From the NCBI GenBank assembly GCA_965223505.1, contig CBDCWP010000042.1, forward strand, positions 76,520-140,519: DNA of 64,000 nt, in the 5' to 3' direction. The translations under genes were made by a program, and so were the position numbers. This DNA is from Planctomycetota bacterium (lineage in GTDB: Bacteria; Planctomycetota; PLA2; JAEUHO01). Under the pieces are notes generated by a model, which was not told where the DNA came from, did no database searches, and saw only the letters and a program-made list of their open reading frames with translations. Shown piece by piece: positions 17,301 through 27,600 of this stretch (position 1 is its first letter; each line of letters begins with the position of its first letter).

Positions 17301-20290
17301 GTGAGCGTCACCGGCGCGACGATCGACATCTCGCTCACGTGCACGGCTTCGGTGCGAACGACGTTGTCGTTCGGATCGTAGAGAAACCGTGTCTCGGTCG
17401 GCGTGGGCCCGGCGGGATCCACGATCGGCAAGCGCCGTGTGATCAGTCGGTCGGCGCCGTCGTAGACCTGCGCGTAGGTCGCGTCCCGGTCCTCGTGACG
17501 AAACGTCATGCGCCCGTTCGCGTCGTACTCCAGGATCGTGTTGATCTTGCCGTCGCCGGGGACCAGCGGCCCTTCCGTGACCGTTGCACCGCTCGAGGGC
17601 GTCACGCCGGTCGCCAGGAACAGATCGCGATCGATGCGGAAGAGTCGGCTGTGCTCGTCGTACAGGAAGTCGCTCCCCGCAAGCAGAGTGTGGGCGCCGC
17701 CGCCCACGGCCGGACCGCGCGCCTCGTAGCGCACGCGGTTCCCCACCGGGTCGTACGCGCAAGTCTCGACGTTGCCTTCGCGGTCGGTGACGGCGATGCG
17801 CCGGTCGAAGCCGTCGTAGTCGTAGCGCGTGACGTCGCCGCCCTCCGCGTCGATGACCTGGACCCGGTTGCGGTTGTCGTCGTACAGGAAGGTTGCCGTC
17901 GAAGCATCGTTGCCTTGCCCGCCGAGCGTTCGGGCGTCGCACAGGTCGCGCGCGTCGTAGCGGAACAGACGGCGGTTCTCGCTCTGTTGGCCGGAGGTGG
18001 ACGCGGGGGTGGCCACCTCGACGACGTTCTGGCTCGCGTCGTAGACGTACCGCGTCTCGAGTGCGGTCGGCTGCGCCGACGCGGGCACGGCCGGATCGCG
18101 CCGCGCATCGTGGGTCGCGGCGATGCGATCGTCGAGGATGTCGTACGCAAAGACGTGCGTGAAGACCGCGAGCCCGGGCACGACCCCACTCTGGTGCGTG
18201 GTTCGGTCGGTCTTCTGATTCTCGACCTCGACACGGACCACGTTGTCGTTGGCGTCGTAGATGACGTCGCGCCGGTAGCCGTGCGACTGACCTGCGTCCA
18301 CGACCGGCGCCTCGACGCGCACGATCTGATCGAGGGCGTTGTAGATCGTGATGAACTCGCTGCCGCGAGCGTCGTCGAATCGAATCTCGTTCCCTCGGCG
18401 GTCGCGCGTGAACGTGTGCGTTAGCGCCAGCGCCGGGCCCGGGTCCTGTCGGCGCGGTCCGATCGACGCGTCTTCGACGACCTGCCGCAGGTATCCGCCG
18501 GTCGTGCCGTTGCGGCCCGGCGTGACGTCCTGGCCGTCGCCGTCGGGGTCGTTCTCGGGGAAGTAGGCAAACGTGTCCTGGTTGCCGCGCGGGTCCTCGA
18601 GCAACGTCAGCTGACCCAGGTCGTTCCAGACACAAAGCACCACGATGCCCTGCAGGTTGTCACCCTCGGTCGCCGCCTGCTCGGACGTGATGTCCAGGTG
18701 CACCGTCGGCGTGTCGACGCGTACGGGATTGCCCATCGACTGGTCGATACGACCGTCGAAGTTCAGGTCGCCCTGGTTGAGCAGGCCGGGCGGGATCGTG
18801 ATGCCGAACTGGGCGGCCTGCGGCGGCGCGACCGTGTTCTCCATCCAGTCGTAGTGGTAGGTCGTGGTGTACCGCGCGGCCGACTGCGGTCCCCCGTTCT
18901 GGGGTAGATACGTGGCGTCGTTACCGCGCGGGTCCGTGACGGTGCGCACGAGGTTGTAGAGCGGCTCGTACGTGTAGGTCGTTCGCAGCTGCAGCTGATC
19001 GCCGCCGCGCCCGTCCGGGACGCAGGTGCGCGAGAGGAGGTTGCCGTGCCGGCAGCGGTCGGGGCTCGTGCTGTCGTACACGAAGTCGACGCGGTTCCCG
19101 AGGGGCGTGGTGATGCGCGTCGGCAACCCGTCGCCGTTGTAGGTCACGTCGGTCGTGAAGCCGCCGCCGGACGGGGACTCGACGGCGCGCAGACAGTGGC
19201 CGTCGCCGTCGTGGAAGTACTGGGTGGTGTTGCCGTTGCGGTCCACGACGGTCGTCATGGACGTCGATCCGGGCGGGCCGGCGACGGCGCCGAAGTCGTA
19301 GGTGTACGACAACGCGCCGCCCGCGGGCTGACCGGACGCGTTCGTCCCGCCGATCGTCTGCGAGACGACGCGGTCGAACCCGAACCCCGCGGCGCCGTAC
19401 GTCACCTGGCGCGCCGGCGTGAGACTGGCATTCGCGACCTCGTTGGGTCGGATGACGCGCAGGAGGTTGCCGTTGAGACGGGGATCGCCGAATCCCGACG
19501 AGTAGGCGTACCGCTCGATCTTTCCGTTGGGGAAGTCGTTGCCCGTCGGTGTGCCGTTCACGGGCGGCGTTGTCACGGCCACGAGATTGCCCGCCGCGTC
19601 GTAGTCGTAGGCGACGACGCGCCCGGTGAAGTCGGTCATCGAACGCAGCCGTCCCTGCCCGTCGTAGACGAAGTCGACGCGGCGGCCGAGCTCGTCGGTA
19701 ATCGAGGTCGGAAGGGCGCCGGTGTAGCTCCATTGCGTTCGGTTGCCGGCACGGTCGTCGCGATGCTGGACGCGTCCCTGGAGATCGAACCGGTGCACCG
19801 TGCCGTGGGGCGAGCGCAACGACCATCCCAGCACGTCCTTCACGAGGGTCTCGAAGCAGCCGGTGACCGGCCCATACGATCCGCCGCCGATGTCCGGGAA
19901 GACGTCGAACCGCCCGGTCCCCCAGTGCACCTCGACGTCGCCGTTCAGCCGTTCGACGAGGCGCACGAAGAGGCTCGCGTCCCATCCGCGCCCCAGCGGA
20001 CCGTTCGCGTCCGACTGGCTGCGGTACACGCGCACGAACCGCCAATCCGCACGCCGACAACGGATGCGCATGTCGACGCGTCGAAGTACGAGCTCGCCGC
20101 TGTGCAGCAACACGCGGCCGACTGCGTCCGACGCATCGATGCCGAAGCTCGGACTGCGCGGAGGCTGGATCACGAACGGCCCGGTCGGCAGGATCAACGT
20201 GGTGCCGCCGCCACCGCCGCAACCCAACGACAACGAGAGCAGGGTCAGCGCGCCCATCCATCGGAGGCACTTCGGGTCGGCGTTGCGCAT
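14357..20290 (-). CDS. RHS/YD-repeat protein with lipoprotein signal, DUF6531-like domain, RHS core and an atypical mosaic C-terminus
   Basis: LLSLSLGC lipobox; VLLHSGELV...GPLGRGW (DUF6531-like); many YxYDxxGR/N repeats; core ending DPLG...NDPINAADPMG (15263-15274). Start ATG 20290 has an AAAGG SD-like site; the track starts the ORF at 20329. Confidence 0.92.
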   Translation of the reverse strand: MRNADPKCLRWMGALTLLSLSLGCGGGGGTTLILPTGPFVIQPPRSPSFGIDASDAVGRVLLHSGELVLRRVDMRIRCRRADWRFVRVYRSQSDANGPLGRGWDASLFVRLVERLNGDVEVHWGTGRFDVFPDIGGGSYGPVTGCFETLVKDVLGWSLRSPHGTVHRFDLQGRVQHRDDRAGNRTQWSYTGALPTSITDELGRRVDFVYDGQGRLRSMTDFTGRVVAYDYDAAGNLVAVTTPPVNGTPTGNDFPNGKIERYAYSSGFGDPRLNGNLLRVIRPNEVANASLTPARQVTYGAAGFGFDRVVSQTIGGTNASGQPAGGALSYTYDFGAVAGPPGSTSMTTVVDRNGNTTQYFHDGDGHCLRAVESPSGGGFTTDVTYNGDGLPTRITTPLGNRVDFVYDSTSPDRCRHGNLLSRTCVPDGRGGDQLQLRTTYTYEPLYNLVRTVTDPRGNDATYLPQNGGPQSAARYTTTYHYDWMENTVAPPQAAQFGITIPPGLLNQGDLNFDGRIDQSMGNPVRVDTPTVHLDITSEQAATEGDNLQGIVVLCVWNDLGQLTLLEDPRGNQDTFAYFPENDPDGDGQDVTPGRNGTTGGYLRQVVEDASIGPRRQDPGPALALTHTFTRDRRGNEIRFDDARGSEFITIYNALDQIVRVEAPVVDAGQSHGYRRDVIYDANDNVVRVEVENQKTDRTTHQSGVVPGLAVFTHVFAYDILDDRIAATHDARRDPAVPASAQPTALETRYVYDASQNVVEVATPASTSGQQSENRRLFRYDARDLCDARTLGGQGNDASTATFLYDDNRNRVQVIDAEGGDVTRYDYDGFDRRIAVTDREGNVETCAYDPVGNRVRYEARGPAVGGGAHTLLAGSDFLYDEHSRLFRIDRDLFLATGVTPSSGATVTEGPLVPGDGKINTILEYDANGRMTFRHEDRDATYAQVYDGADRLITRRLPIVDPAGPTPTETRFLYDPNDNVVRTEAVHVSEMSIVAPVTLTTHYVYDVLNRVTRVTDPKGQTTRFEYDSRGNLTAQYDARGVLISDPLALFPGPINGHGNGLFVDYDGVDRPWLVTRELRVGGEGANALDTTNSHNNDGLIRLLSEWDPNGRVAERTDDAGNTTQYAYDAIDRRVSRTNPDGGVCTWTFDRDHRVTSSTDENGTVHTFTYDALDRLRSHTVAPDPTRTIAGGTLPLYVGSTELTYDYDGLSRKIVCTDNNEPGDAGDDATVRFLYDSLSRRVEEVQNGVATGTSYDADRRSTLHFPEGRVLRYEYDDHNQLTGIVEPAATPNRLEILLRRLGTAQVLRVERLIGGTQRSRTTATFDGKLLIASVAHIDQPGAGVGGVQISARNRTDQMTTAAYAYVTPGGPQMSRAFAWSYDSRGRLTTEDAMETTSLGGAAQRNVDVTYDGAQAIKNVFEDLGAGGTTNRAINRTPLHAIADAPYQADGGGTGCGMRSEDPVRLLQWDGFGRLRAVRLAVNPNAVVGVNTYDALGRRVSKEFSGGGKGLRTEHYVYDGEHVVEERVSTAALPETLTREFVYGEGTDSIHAMFADSGRDITPDAYFFHLRGPSGNVTHLVNEQGAPVEFNAYGVLDFPSVHDATTLAATAGSPLENPFLQHGRRWDTFTALYHHRARYRDPRDAEFACRDPLGKYGDAASDGNPLAFAGNDPINAADPMGRYTIKLEKARVSSYAVSGSGNGAQGAGLGLILRESEVLATMFVEGDPDRPVITGRVYNARYNESDLNFVNRLMEEEGIFYACHDNRLEFELQLRDEASTTVESFAGERPLNHSVIGYEDGKLKIGGSVGAALYVGRGTRHDAGSNLMNATRGTSTSSDAFVTNAHMSPFEMAPLVVDPTHRPGSTPSYATHAYDSPYAGASTPIDAYVMHDNALSQSLLNQAIGQGLTTSLGACVTPAAPSPVPMPYPNLTGTDCGGPWSTYGTCESGIVSHPIRDKALTLIQRLGYACEQTGLCQPWYFR

Positions 20291-20362
20291 CGGGCCGCCT
20301 TTCCGCATTCGTCCGAATGCCGGCAACAAGTATAGGAATTCGCCGTTTGCGGCGGCAATGCG

Positions 20363-21883
20363 CTAGCTTCGAAGGCTGAGGGCTTCGAGCACGTGGGCGG
20401 TACCTACGCGGTCCTCGGCGCACAGATCCGCGATCGTTCGCGCCACCTTGAGACAGCGATGCACACCGCGCGCGCTCAGGCCCAGCCGTCGGGCGCTCGA
20501 GATGAGCTGGCGCTGCGCGGTGTCGTCCGCGCCGACGCCGTCGGGTAGACGCGACGCGGCGATTCGGGCGTTCCAGGGTTCACTCGAGCCGAGCTGTTTG
20601 GCGCGGCGCGCCTGCGCCTTGCGCGCCCGCTGCATCGCACGCGGCTCGAACGGCGTGCTCGCCCGCTCCTTCACGAGCACTTCCGGGTCGACCGGCGCCA
20701 CGTCGACCCGTAGATCGAATCGATCCCGAAGCGGGCCCGAAATGCGCTGCTGATAGCGCAGGCGTGCGCTGCGCGCACAGGTACAGCGTCCCTCGACGCC
20801 GAACCATCCGCACGGGCAGGGATTGGTCGCCGCGATCAGCAGGATGCGCGCCGGGAAGCGTGCGCGTCCGGCGGCGCGTCCGATGACGATCGTTCCGTCT
20901 TCGAGGGGTTGCCGCAGCGCTTCCAACGAGACGCGGTTGAACTCGGCCAGCTCGTCGAGGAACAGCACGCCGTGATGCGCGAGGCTGACCTCGCCCGGTC
21001 GCGGGTGTGTTCCGCCCCCCACCAACCCCGCCGTGCTGGTCGTGTGATGCGGTGCGCGGAACGGGCGGCGCGTCACGAGGCCCCCTTCGAGCAGCCCCGC
21101 AATGCTGTGAATGCGACTGACGTCGACGGCTTCGTCTTTCGTGAGCGGCGGCAACACGCCGGCGAGGTGTCGTGCCAGCAGCGTCTTGCCCGAGCCGGGC
21201 GGACCGGTGAGCAGCAGGTTGTGTCCGCCGGCGGCGGCGATCCACGCCGCGCGCAATGCCGCCGGCTGTCCGCGCACCGGTGGTTCGCGATCACCTTCCC
21301 ACGGCGCGGGTTGCCATGCGCGTGCGGGCTCGGGCTCCAGTGGTTCCTTCTCGGTCAGGTGACCGACGGCGGCGCGCAGCGAGTCGACGCCGACGACCGT
21401 CAACCCGTCGACCGCCGCGGCTTGCGACGCGTTGCTCGATGGCACCAGGGCGCGACGCACGCCGGCGGCGCGGGCAGCCTCGGCGGCGGCGAGCACGCCG
21501 CGCACGGGTCGGACGTTGCCGTCGAGCGTGAGCTCGCCCAGACACAGGCACTTGGCCAGCGCGTTGCGTTCGGCGCCGAGGATGCCTTGGACGTCGAGCA
21601 GACCCAGCGCGATGGGCAGATCGAGTGCGGCGCCTTCCTTGCGCGCGGCGGCGGGCGCGAGGTTGACGGTGACGGGCCGAAACGGCCAGGGCCAGTGGCC
21701 GTGGTGGATGGCGCTGCGGATGCGTTCGCGGCCTTCGCGCAGCGCGCTGTCGGGCAGCCCGACGATGCGAAACGAACCTGCATCGCCCCCTTCCTGCTCA
21801 CCGGCAACGGAGACCTGGACGTCGACGACTTGCGCCGACGCACCGACGACGGCCGCGCCGGCCACCCGGGTGAAGATGCGCAT
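20363..21883 (-). CDS. comM: YifB/ComM family Mg-chelatase-like AAA+ ATPase
   Basis: IVGLPD, VNLAPA, GPPGSGKT, PFRAPHHT, GEVSLAHHGVLFLDE, NPCPCG, ISGPLRDRFD. Confidence 0.93.
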   Translation of the reverse strand: MRIFTRVAGAAVVGASAQVVDVQVSVAGEQEGGDAGSFRIVGLPDSALREGRERIRSAIHHGHWPWPFRPVTVNLAPAAARKEGAALDLPIALGLLDVQGILGAERNALAKCLCLGELTLDGNVRPVRGVLAAAEAARAAGVRRALVPSSNASQAAAVDGLTVVGVDSLRAAVGHLTEKEPLEPEPARAWQPAPWEGDREPPVRGQPAALRAAWIAAAGGHNLLLTGPPGSGKTLLARHLAGVLPPLTKDEAVDVSRIHSIAGLLEGGLVTRRPFRAPHHTTSTAGLVGGGTHPRPGEVSLAHHGVLFLDELAEFNRVSLEALRQPLEDGTIVIGRAAGRARFPARILLIAATNPCPCGWFGVEGRCTCARSARLRYQQRISGPLRDRFDLRVDVAPVDPEVLVKERASTPFEPRAMQRARKAQARRAKQLGSSEPWNARIAASRLPDGVGADDTAQRQLISSARRLGLSARGVHRCLKVARTIADLCAEDRVGTAHVLEALSLRS

Positions 21884-22002
21884 GCGCCATCAACGCGCAA
21901 CGGAGCGTCGGGGTTACGCTTCGCCGGAAGTCGAATATCCGACAGAAAAACCGGGCTTCGTATATTTCCGAACCCCGCCGGTGGTCGCCGTGCACTCTGG
22001 CG

Positions 22003-22530
22003 GTGTCGATGCGGAACGGATCCCGTACGCCCACGAACCTGAAGGCCTTGGAAGCCCTGGTGCGCACGCATCAGGAGCGTCTGTGGCTGTACCTGCGCTA
22101 CCTCGGATGTGACGCTGCGACCGCCGAGGACGTGGTGCAGGACACGTTTCTCGAGGTGTGGCGGCGGCCCTTCGAGGAACGATCCCCCGCTTCGACCCGG
22201 GCGTACCTGCGACGTGTCGCCAAGAACCGATTCCTGATGGCGGTTCGCAGGGGCCGCGCCGTGGTGGCGTTCGATGCCCTCGACGAGGCCGACGCGCTCT
22301 GGGCGACGCAACAGGAAGAAGACGACGGGAGCCGGTACAGCGAGGCGCTGCGCCACTGCCTAGAACGGCTCTCGGACCGCGCACGCCAGGCCATCGATCA
22401 CTTCTATGGCGGCAACGCGTCACGCCGACACGTCGCAGAGCTCCTCGGGCTGAGCGTAGACGGCGTGAAGACACTCCTGCGTAGAGCGCGAAACGCGCTC
22501 AAGACCTGCATAGAGAGGCAGCCTCAGTGA
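22003..22530 (+). CDS. ECF-family RNA polymerase sigma factor
   Basis: AEDVVQDTFLEVW (region 2), AYLRRVAKN, VAELLGLSVDGVKTLLRRAR (region 4). Confidence 0.9.
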   Translation: MSMRNGSRTPTNLKALEALVRTHQERLWLYLRYLGCDAATAEDVVQDTFLEVWRRPFEERSPASTRAYLRRVAKNRFLMAVRRGRAVVAFDALDEADALWATQQEEDDGSRYSEALRHCLERLSDRARQAIDHFYGGNASRRHVAELLGLSVDGVKTLLRRARNALKTCIERQPQ

Positions 22531-23567
22531 GATCGGATCCCCAGCTGCGAATGCTCGAGATCATGCTTCGAGCCACGTTGGGTCGCGAGTCGGCGCCCGA
22601 CGTGTCGGCACGCGTCGTCGGTGAGGCATTGACCTGGCGACGAAAACGGTTCGCGCTGCGCGCCGCCGCGGCCTGCCTCCTCCTCGGCATCGGCCTGATC
22701 GTGTGGCGCGGCACGGATCCGGCACAGGCCCCGCAGCCGGAGCCCCCGGATGGCGAAGCGCCGCGGGGCCCGGCCGTGGCGCTGCTCGTTCAGCGCATGC
22801 GAGTCAGCGAGGCGGACGTCGATCTCAGCCTGCCGGACGCCTATGAGCGAATCCTCGACGGCAAGCGCGCCGCCACGGCGCTACGCGCGGCGCTGTGGCA
22901 GGGCACGGTCACCTGGGACGATCTCCGACCGCATCTTGTGGACCTGCCGACCTCGGACGCCCGCTCGGACGTTCGCCGGCGCATGCTGGACCTGCTGGCC
23001 CTGGACCGCGCGCCGGCCTCGCGGGATCTCGTGCTGGGGGCGCTTCGCAGTGATCCCCGGGCCCTGTCCATCGACGGCATGCTCGCTCTGGCGGACGAGG
23101 ATGGGGAGCCCTATGTTGCGTCGCTCGTCACGAAGCAGCTCGAGGGCGCTCGACACATGGGCCAGATTCTGCCTGCCGCCTGGCACGGTCTGCGCCGCCT
23201 GGAGCCGGGCACGGAGATCCTCCGGTGGGTCGTCTCCGAGGTGCGGTTCAGCAGCGGCATGCCCCATCTCTACTACGCCGCCGCAGCCGCGCTTCGACAT
23301 CGCGATCCGAACGCCTGGCGTGCGCTGCTGGACGACGTGGAAACGCTCGTCGAGCAATACCTCGACGCGCTCGAAAGACAGCCGGAGCTCCTCGAGGCCG
23401 CAGCGGCCCTCGTGCTTCGCGCTCAGTACTTCGAGCGCCACCACCGGCGGGGTCGGCCTGCGGCCCTGTCCTGGCTACCAGAACGCTTGACGGCGTTCGC
23501 GAACCAGGAAGGGGCGGCCCTGACGACACCGGCGTCCATCCGCGCCGCGCTCGCCGCTCTTCGGTGA
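22527..23567 (+). CDS. Putative membrane-anchored anti-sigma factor
   Basis: Overlaps the sigma stop codon (GTGA). Short cytoplasmic N-terminus, one TM helix (AAAACLLLGIGLIVW), a Pro-rich linker, then an alpha-helical extracytoplasmic domain. Confidence 0.65.
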   Translation: MRSDPQLRMLEIMLRATLGRESAPDVSARVVGEALTWRRKRFALRAAAACLLLGIGLIVWRGTDPAQAPQPEPPDGEAPRGPAVALLVQRMRVSEADVDLSLPDAYERILDGKRAATALRAALWQGTVTWDDLRPHLVDLPTSDARSDVRRRMLDLLALDRAPASRDLVLGALRSDPRALSIDGMLALADEDGEPYVASLVTKQLEGARHMGQILPAAWHGLRRLEPGTEILRWVVSEVRFSSGMPHLYYAAAAALRHRDPNAWRALLDDVETLVEQYLDALERQPELLEAAAALVLRAQYFERHHRRGRPAALSWLPERLTAFANQEGAALTTPASIRAALAALR

Positions 23568-23645
23568 ATCTGAGATCGATGAACCCTCCGATCGCGCAAA
23601 TCGCACTTGCACGACGCACGTCCCTCGTGATCCACGGAGTCATCG

Positions 23646-24608
23646 ATGAACCATCTGTCCATCCATCTCAGGTCCGCCACGTTCGTCCTGTCGGCGCTGT
23701 TGTTCTCCCCGCCTCTATGGGCGGACGAAGCACCGGAACGGGGAGAGGCTCCGCGAGCCTCGGACGCGACGCGCGAGGGCAAGCGACTGGCGGAACACCT
23801 GCACGAGCTCACCCAGGAGACCGGCACCGAACCCGCGGAAGGCATGTCGGAGGCGCAGATCATGAAGATGATCCTGACCCGAAAACAAGCCGAGCGGGCG
23901 CCTGAGAGTGTGCTCGAAGTCCTCGCAGAGCACGACCGGCTCTGGCCGAGCGCGCGCGACGCGCTGTGGCGCGCCTTCGACCGCACGACCGACGCAGCGC
24001 TGAAGCGTCGCGCGCTTCGTGTCCTCGTGCGGGACGCGGATGCGGCATCGAAGCGGCGCGTCGCCGCCGAGTTGGCTGCGCGTCCGGGTCTGTTCACGAC
24101 GCGAGCGCTCTTGGTGCTCGCCGAGTCGGGGAGCCGACCGGCCCGCACCCATCTGATCGAGAACGTGCGCGACGCCGACCCGGCCAAGATCATGGGCGGC
24201 GCAACCACCAAGGAAAACCTCACGCTCGTGCTGGCCGGCCTGCACCTCGCGCAGCACGACGACGACAGCGGTCGGAAGGCCCTGCAGTGGGGACGGCGGG
24301 CCACGGCGCCCGGCGCCTATCCATGGGACCTGGCGTCAGCGTACGGGCTCACGCTCCTCGGCGACGAAGCCGCGTACCGCAACGCACGCGACGGCTGCGT
24401 TCGGGTCGTCGCCCGGCTGCTCGACGACGGCAACACCAAGGACGCGGCTCGCGTGGCCCTGCACGTCCTGTTCTTCGACCGGGGCGTGGACGGCAAGGCG
24501 TCGATCGTTCCAACGACCATCACTCGCGACGCGGAGGCCTACGTGGAGGCAAGCGGCATCGACTTGAGCTCGGCGCCGGCAATCCGCGCCGCGCTCGCGT
24601 CGAAGTGA
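23646..24608 (+). CDS. Exported alpha-helical protein, apparent paralog of the anti-sigma ectodomain
   Basis: Signal peptide ending PPLWA-DE; GGAG SD; the C-terminal half aligns by eye with the upstream protein. Confidence 0.7.
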   Translation: MNHLSIHLRSATFVLSALLFSPPLWADEAPERGEAPRASDATREGKRLAEHLHELTQETGTEPAEGMSEAQIMKMILTRKQAERAPESVLEVLAEHDRLWPSARDALWRAFDRTTDAALKRRALRVLVRDADAASKRRVAAELAARPGLFTTRALLVLAESGSRPARTHLIENVRDADPAKIMGGATTKENLTLVLAGLHLAQHDDDSGRKALQWGRRATAPGAYPWDLASAYGLTLLGDEAAYRNARDGCVRVVARLLDDGNTKDAARVALHVLFFDRGVDGKASIVPTTITRDAEAYVEASGIDLSSAPAIRAALASK

Positions 24609-24669
24609 GGATCCGACCCGGATCCTCGCCGCGGCGTCGGCCGATCTGAATCGATCGAGCGCCACGCTG

Positions 24670-27600
24670 CTACGGCAGACCCCACAGCACCCATGCGGCC
24701 CAGTAGTACGGGTGCTTCCACTTGGCCTGGCCACGGACGTGCGCCTGCGCCCCGCGCAAGGCCTCGGCGGCACTGACGCCCGCGCCCGTGTTCCACAGCT
24801 CGTAGAACTTCAGCATGAACGCCTGCGTCGCCGCGTCATCGACGTCCCACAGCGAGCACACGACGCGGGATGCGCCCGCGTACATGAAGGCGCGCGTCAG
24901 ACCGACGATCCCCTCGCTCGCGACCAGCTGCCCCGTGCCGGTCGCACACGCCGAGAGAACCACGAGGTCGGCGGGAATGCGCATGCGCAGGACTTCGAGA
25001 CACGTGAGGAAGCCGTCTTCTCCATCGGCGGCCGAAAGCGCCAACGCCGAGATCGCCGGACGCTCGGGATCGACGATGCCGTGGCACGCCAAATGGACCG
25101 CACGCCAATACCCTTCGCCCGCCAGCGCCTTGCGCAGCGCGGCCTCGTTCGCGTCCGCACCCAGGAGCGCGACGCTTCCGATCTGCGTGGCCTCCTTGCG
25201 CGTCGCGGGGAGCGGCGCGAGCCTGCGCCCGCGTGCGTAGACCTCGCGCGCCTTGTCGGAGACGGAACCGTAGTCCGGATCCCCCACGGCGAGCACCTTG
25301 GTCGCGTCGACCGGTTGCTGCACATCGCGCTGCCAGACATACGCGCTGCCCGACGGCGTGAGCACGACGGGGAGCTCGAACAGCGCGCCGAACGGGACGT
25401 ACCCGAGCGGCCCGTCCGGCGAGACGAGCACCAATTGGGTCGCCGCGTCGAGCTTCAGCGGCGCGACCAACCGTGCCGCGAGCTTCGCGATCCGCGCCGC
25501 GGCATCCTCGGTGCGATCGTCGAATCGCGCGAGCGCACACAGCTCGACGATCGGCATCGCCGCGCCGAGCGATACGACGCGCACCTCGTCGCGCGTCAGC
25601 ACGAACGCGACGACCTCGTCGAGGCAGAACCCGTAGAGCACGAGGACATGACCCGGCGCGAGCCGGCCCTGGATCTCCTCGACGGGCGCCGCGCGCGGGT
25701 AGAAGACGCCCGCCTCGCGTTTCGCCTCGCGCTGGATGCGCTCGGTCACCGTCCGTAGCACCGCGACGGTTCGATCGAGCGTCTCCGCGGCACTCCGGGT
25801 CGCGCGCAGGTTGCCCGTCTCGAGCGCCGCGACGTAGCTCGCGCGCGCGGCCGCGTGCTCGGCGTGGGCCTTCGATTCCAGCTGGCGCAGCTCGGCGGGC
25901 AGATCGGTCCAGCGCATCGACTGTCGCCCGCCGAGCGCTTCGAGCAACGCGCCGGCGCGGCCGTCTTCGATGAACGTCAAGGCCTCCGCCGTTCGCTCGA
26001 GCTGCACCGCCGCGAGCGCCCCCACGGCATAAACGTCGCTGTGCTGGGCGCGCGCGGTCGCGCCCAGCGAGCCACCGAGCCCCTCCAATCCGGAAAAGAC
26101 GTCCTGCAGCTCGCGTGAGGCTTCACGCGCGCGCTCGAGCGCCCGTTGCGGCTCGCCCTGTTCGAGCCAGTGCAGCCCGACGTCGCTCAGCAGCCTGACG
26201 AGGAGCGGTGTCGCGCGCAGCCAACGCGCGTCACGGATCGCCTTCTCGAGGTCTTCGATGCCGGCGGCGTCACCCGACTTCAAACGCAGGACACCCACGT
26301 TGCCGCGCGCGCTCGCAATGGCCGCGCGGCCGCCGATCGACTCGTACATGGCCAGCGCGCGCCGTGCCGTCGTCAATGCCCGCTCGGTGTCCCCGAGGAA
26401 CTCGTACATCACCGCGATGTTGCCGAGTGTGGTCGCAGCACCCGCGACGTCGCCGATGCCCTCACGGGTGGTTCGCGCTCGCTCGTAGAACGTGAGCGCC
26501 TCTTCGTGATCGCCGAGCTCGTGATGCAGGTTGCCCATGTTGCTCAGCGCGACAGCCGCCCCCTGGCGGTCGCCCATCTCGGATTGCAGCGCGTACGCCT
26601 GCTCGAAGAGGGCCAGGGCCCGCACGCGGTCGCCGGTCTTGGCGTAGACGTTTCCGAGATTCACGAGCACGGCCGCCATGCCCTGCCGGTCGCGGGTCGC
26701 CTTGCGAAGCTCGAGCGAACGCTCGTAGCTGCGCAGGGCCTCCGGATACTCGCCGAGCGCGTCGTGCGACATGCCGACATGCCCGAGCGCGAACGCCTGC
26801 CCCCGCCGATCGTCGATTCGAGAATAGAGCGCGAGGGCACGGCGCGCGTGCGCCAGCGCCTTGGGATAGTCGCCGCGCCGGTAGTGCACGACCCCGATGT
26901 TGGCCAGAATCGTCGCCTCGCCGGCGACGTTGCCCGACGTCTGCGCAAGCTGCAGGCCGCGACGTAGATGTTCGAGCGCCGCTTCGTACTCGCCGAGGAA
27001 GCGGAGGATGCTCCCGATCTGCCCGAGCGTGATCGCCGCGTCCGCCGCGTTGCCCCGCGCTTCCTGTTGGGCGAGCGCGCGCTTGGCGTAGTCCAGTGCT
27101 TCGGCGTAGTTGCCCGTCGACTCGTGGATGCCTGCGATACGGGCGGTCATCCGCGTGACCCCGCGTCCGTCCCCGAGCTCGGTACGAATTGCCAGGGACA
27201 CGTTGGCCATCTCGAGCGCGCGGGCGTGCTCACCGAGCAGATAGTGAACGAGGGAGATGTTCTCGTAGAGGACACCGAGGCTGTGCCGGTTCCCGGAGGA
27301 CTCGGCCAGCGCAAGCGCCCGGACGTAGGCGTCCTGCGCGTCCGCAAACGCGCCGAGCTCGCTCTTGAAGTTGCCGAGCGCGACGAGCGCGACGATCAGC
27401 TCGCGTGGGTCCCCGATCGCCTCGCGGATCGCCACGACGCGAGTCAGTGCCGAGCCCGCCCCTTGCACGTCGCCCCGGTGCAGCTTGATGCGACTCGACG
27501 CCGTCAGCAGCGCCGCAGTCTCGCGTCGCCACCCGATGCGTTCCGCCGCGTCGCGCGCAGCCTCGAGCGCCTGCTCCGCCTTCGCGAGCTGATTGGCGTG

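Noticed and set aside
20363..21883. comM as an insertion site for a mobile element
   Set aside because: The gene is intact, and I found no integrase, transposase or att-like repeats nearby.
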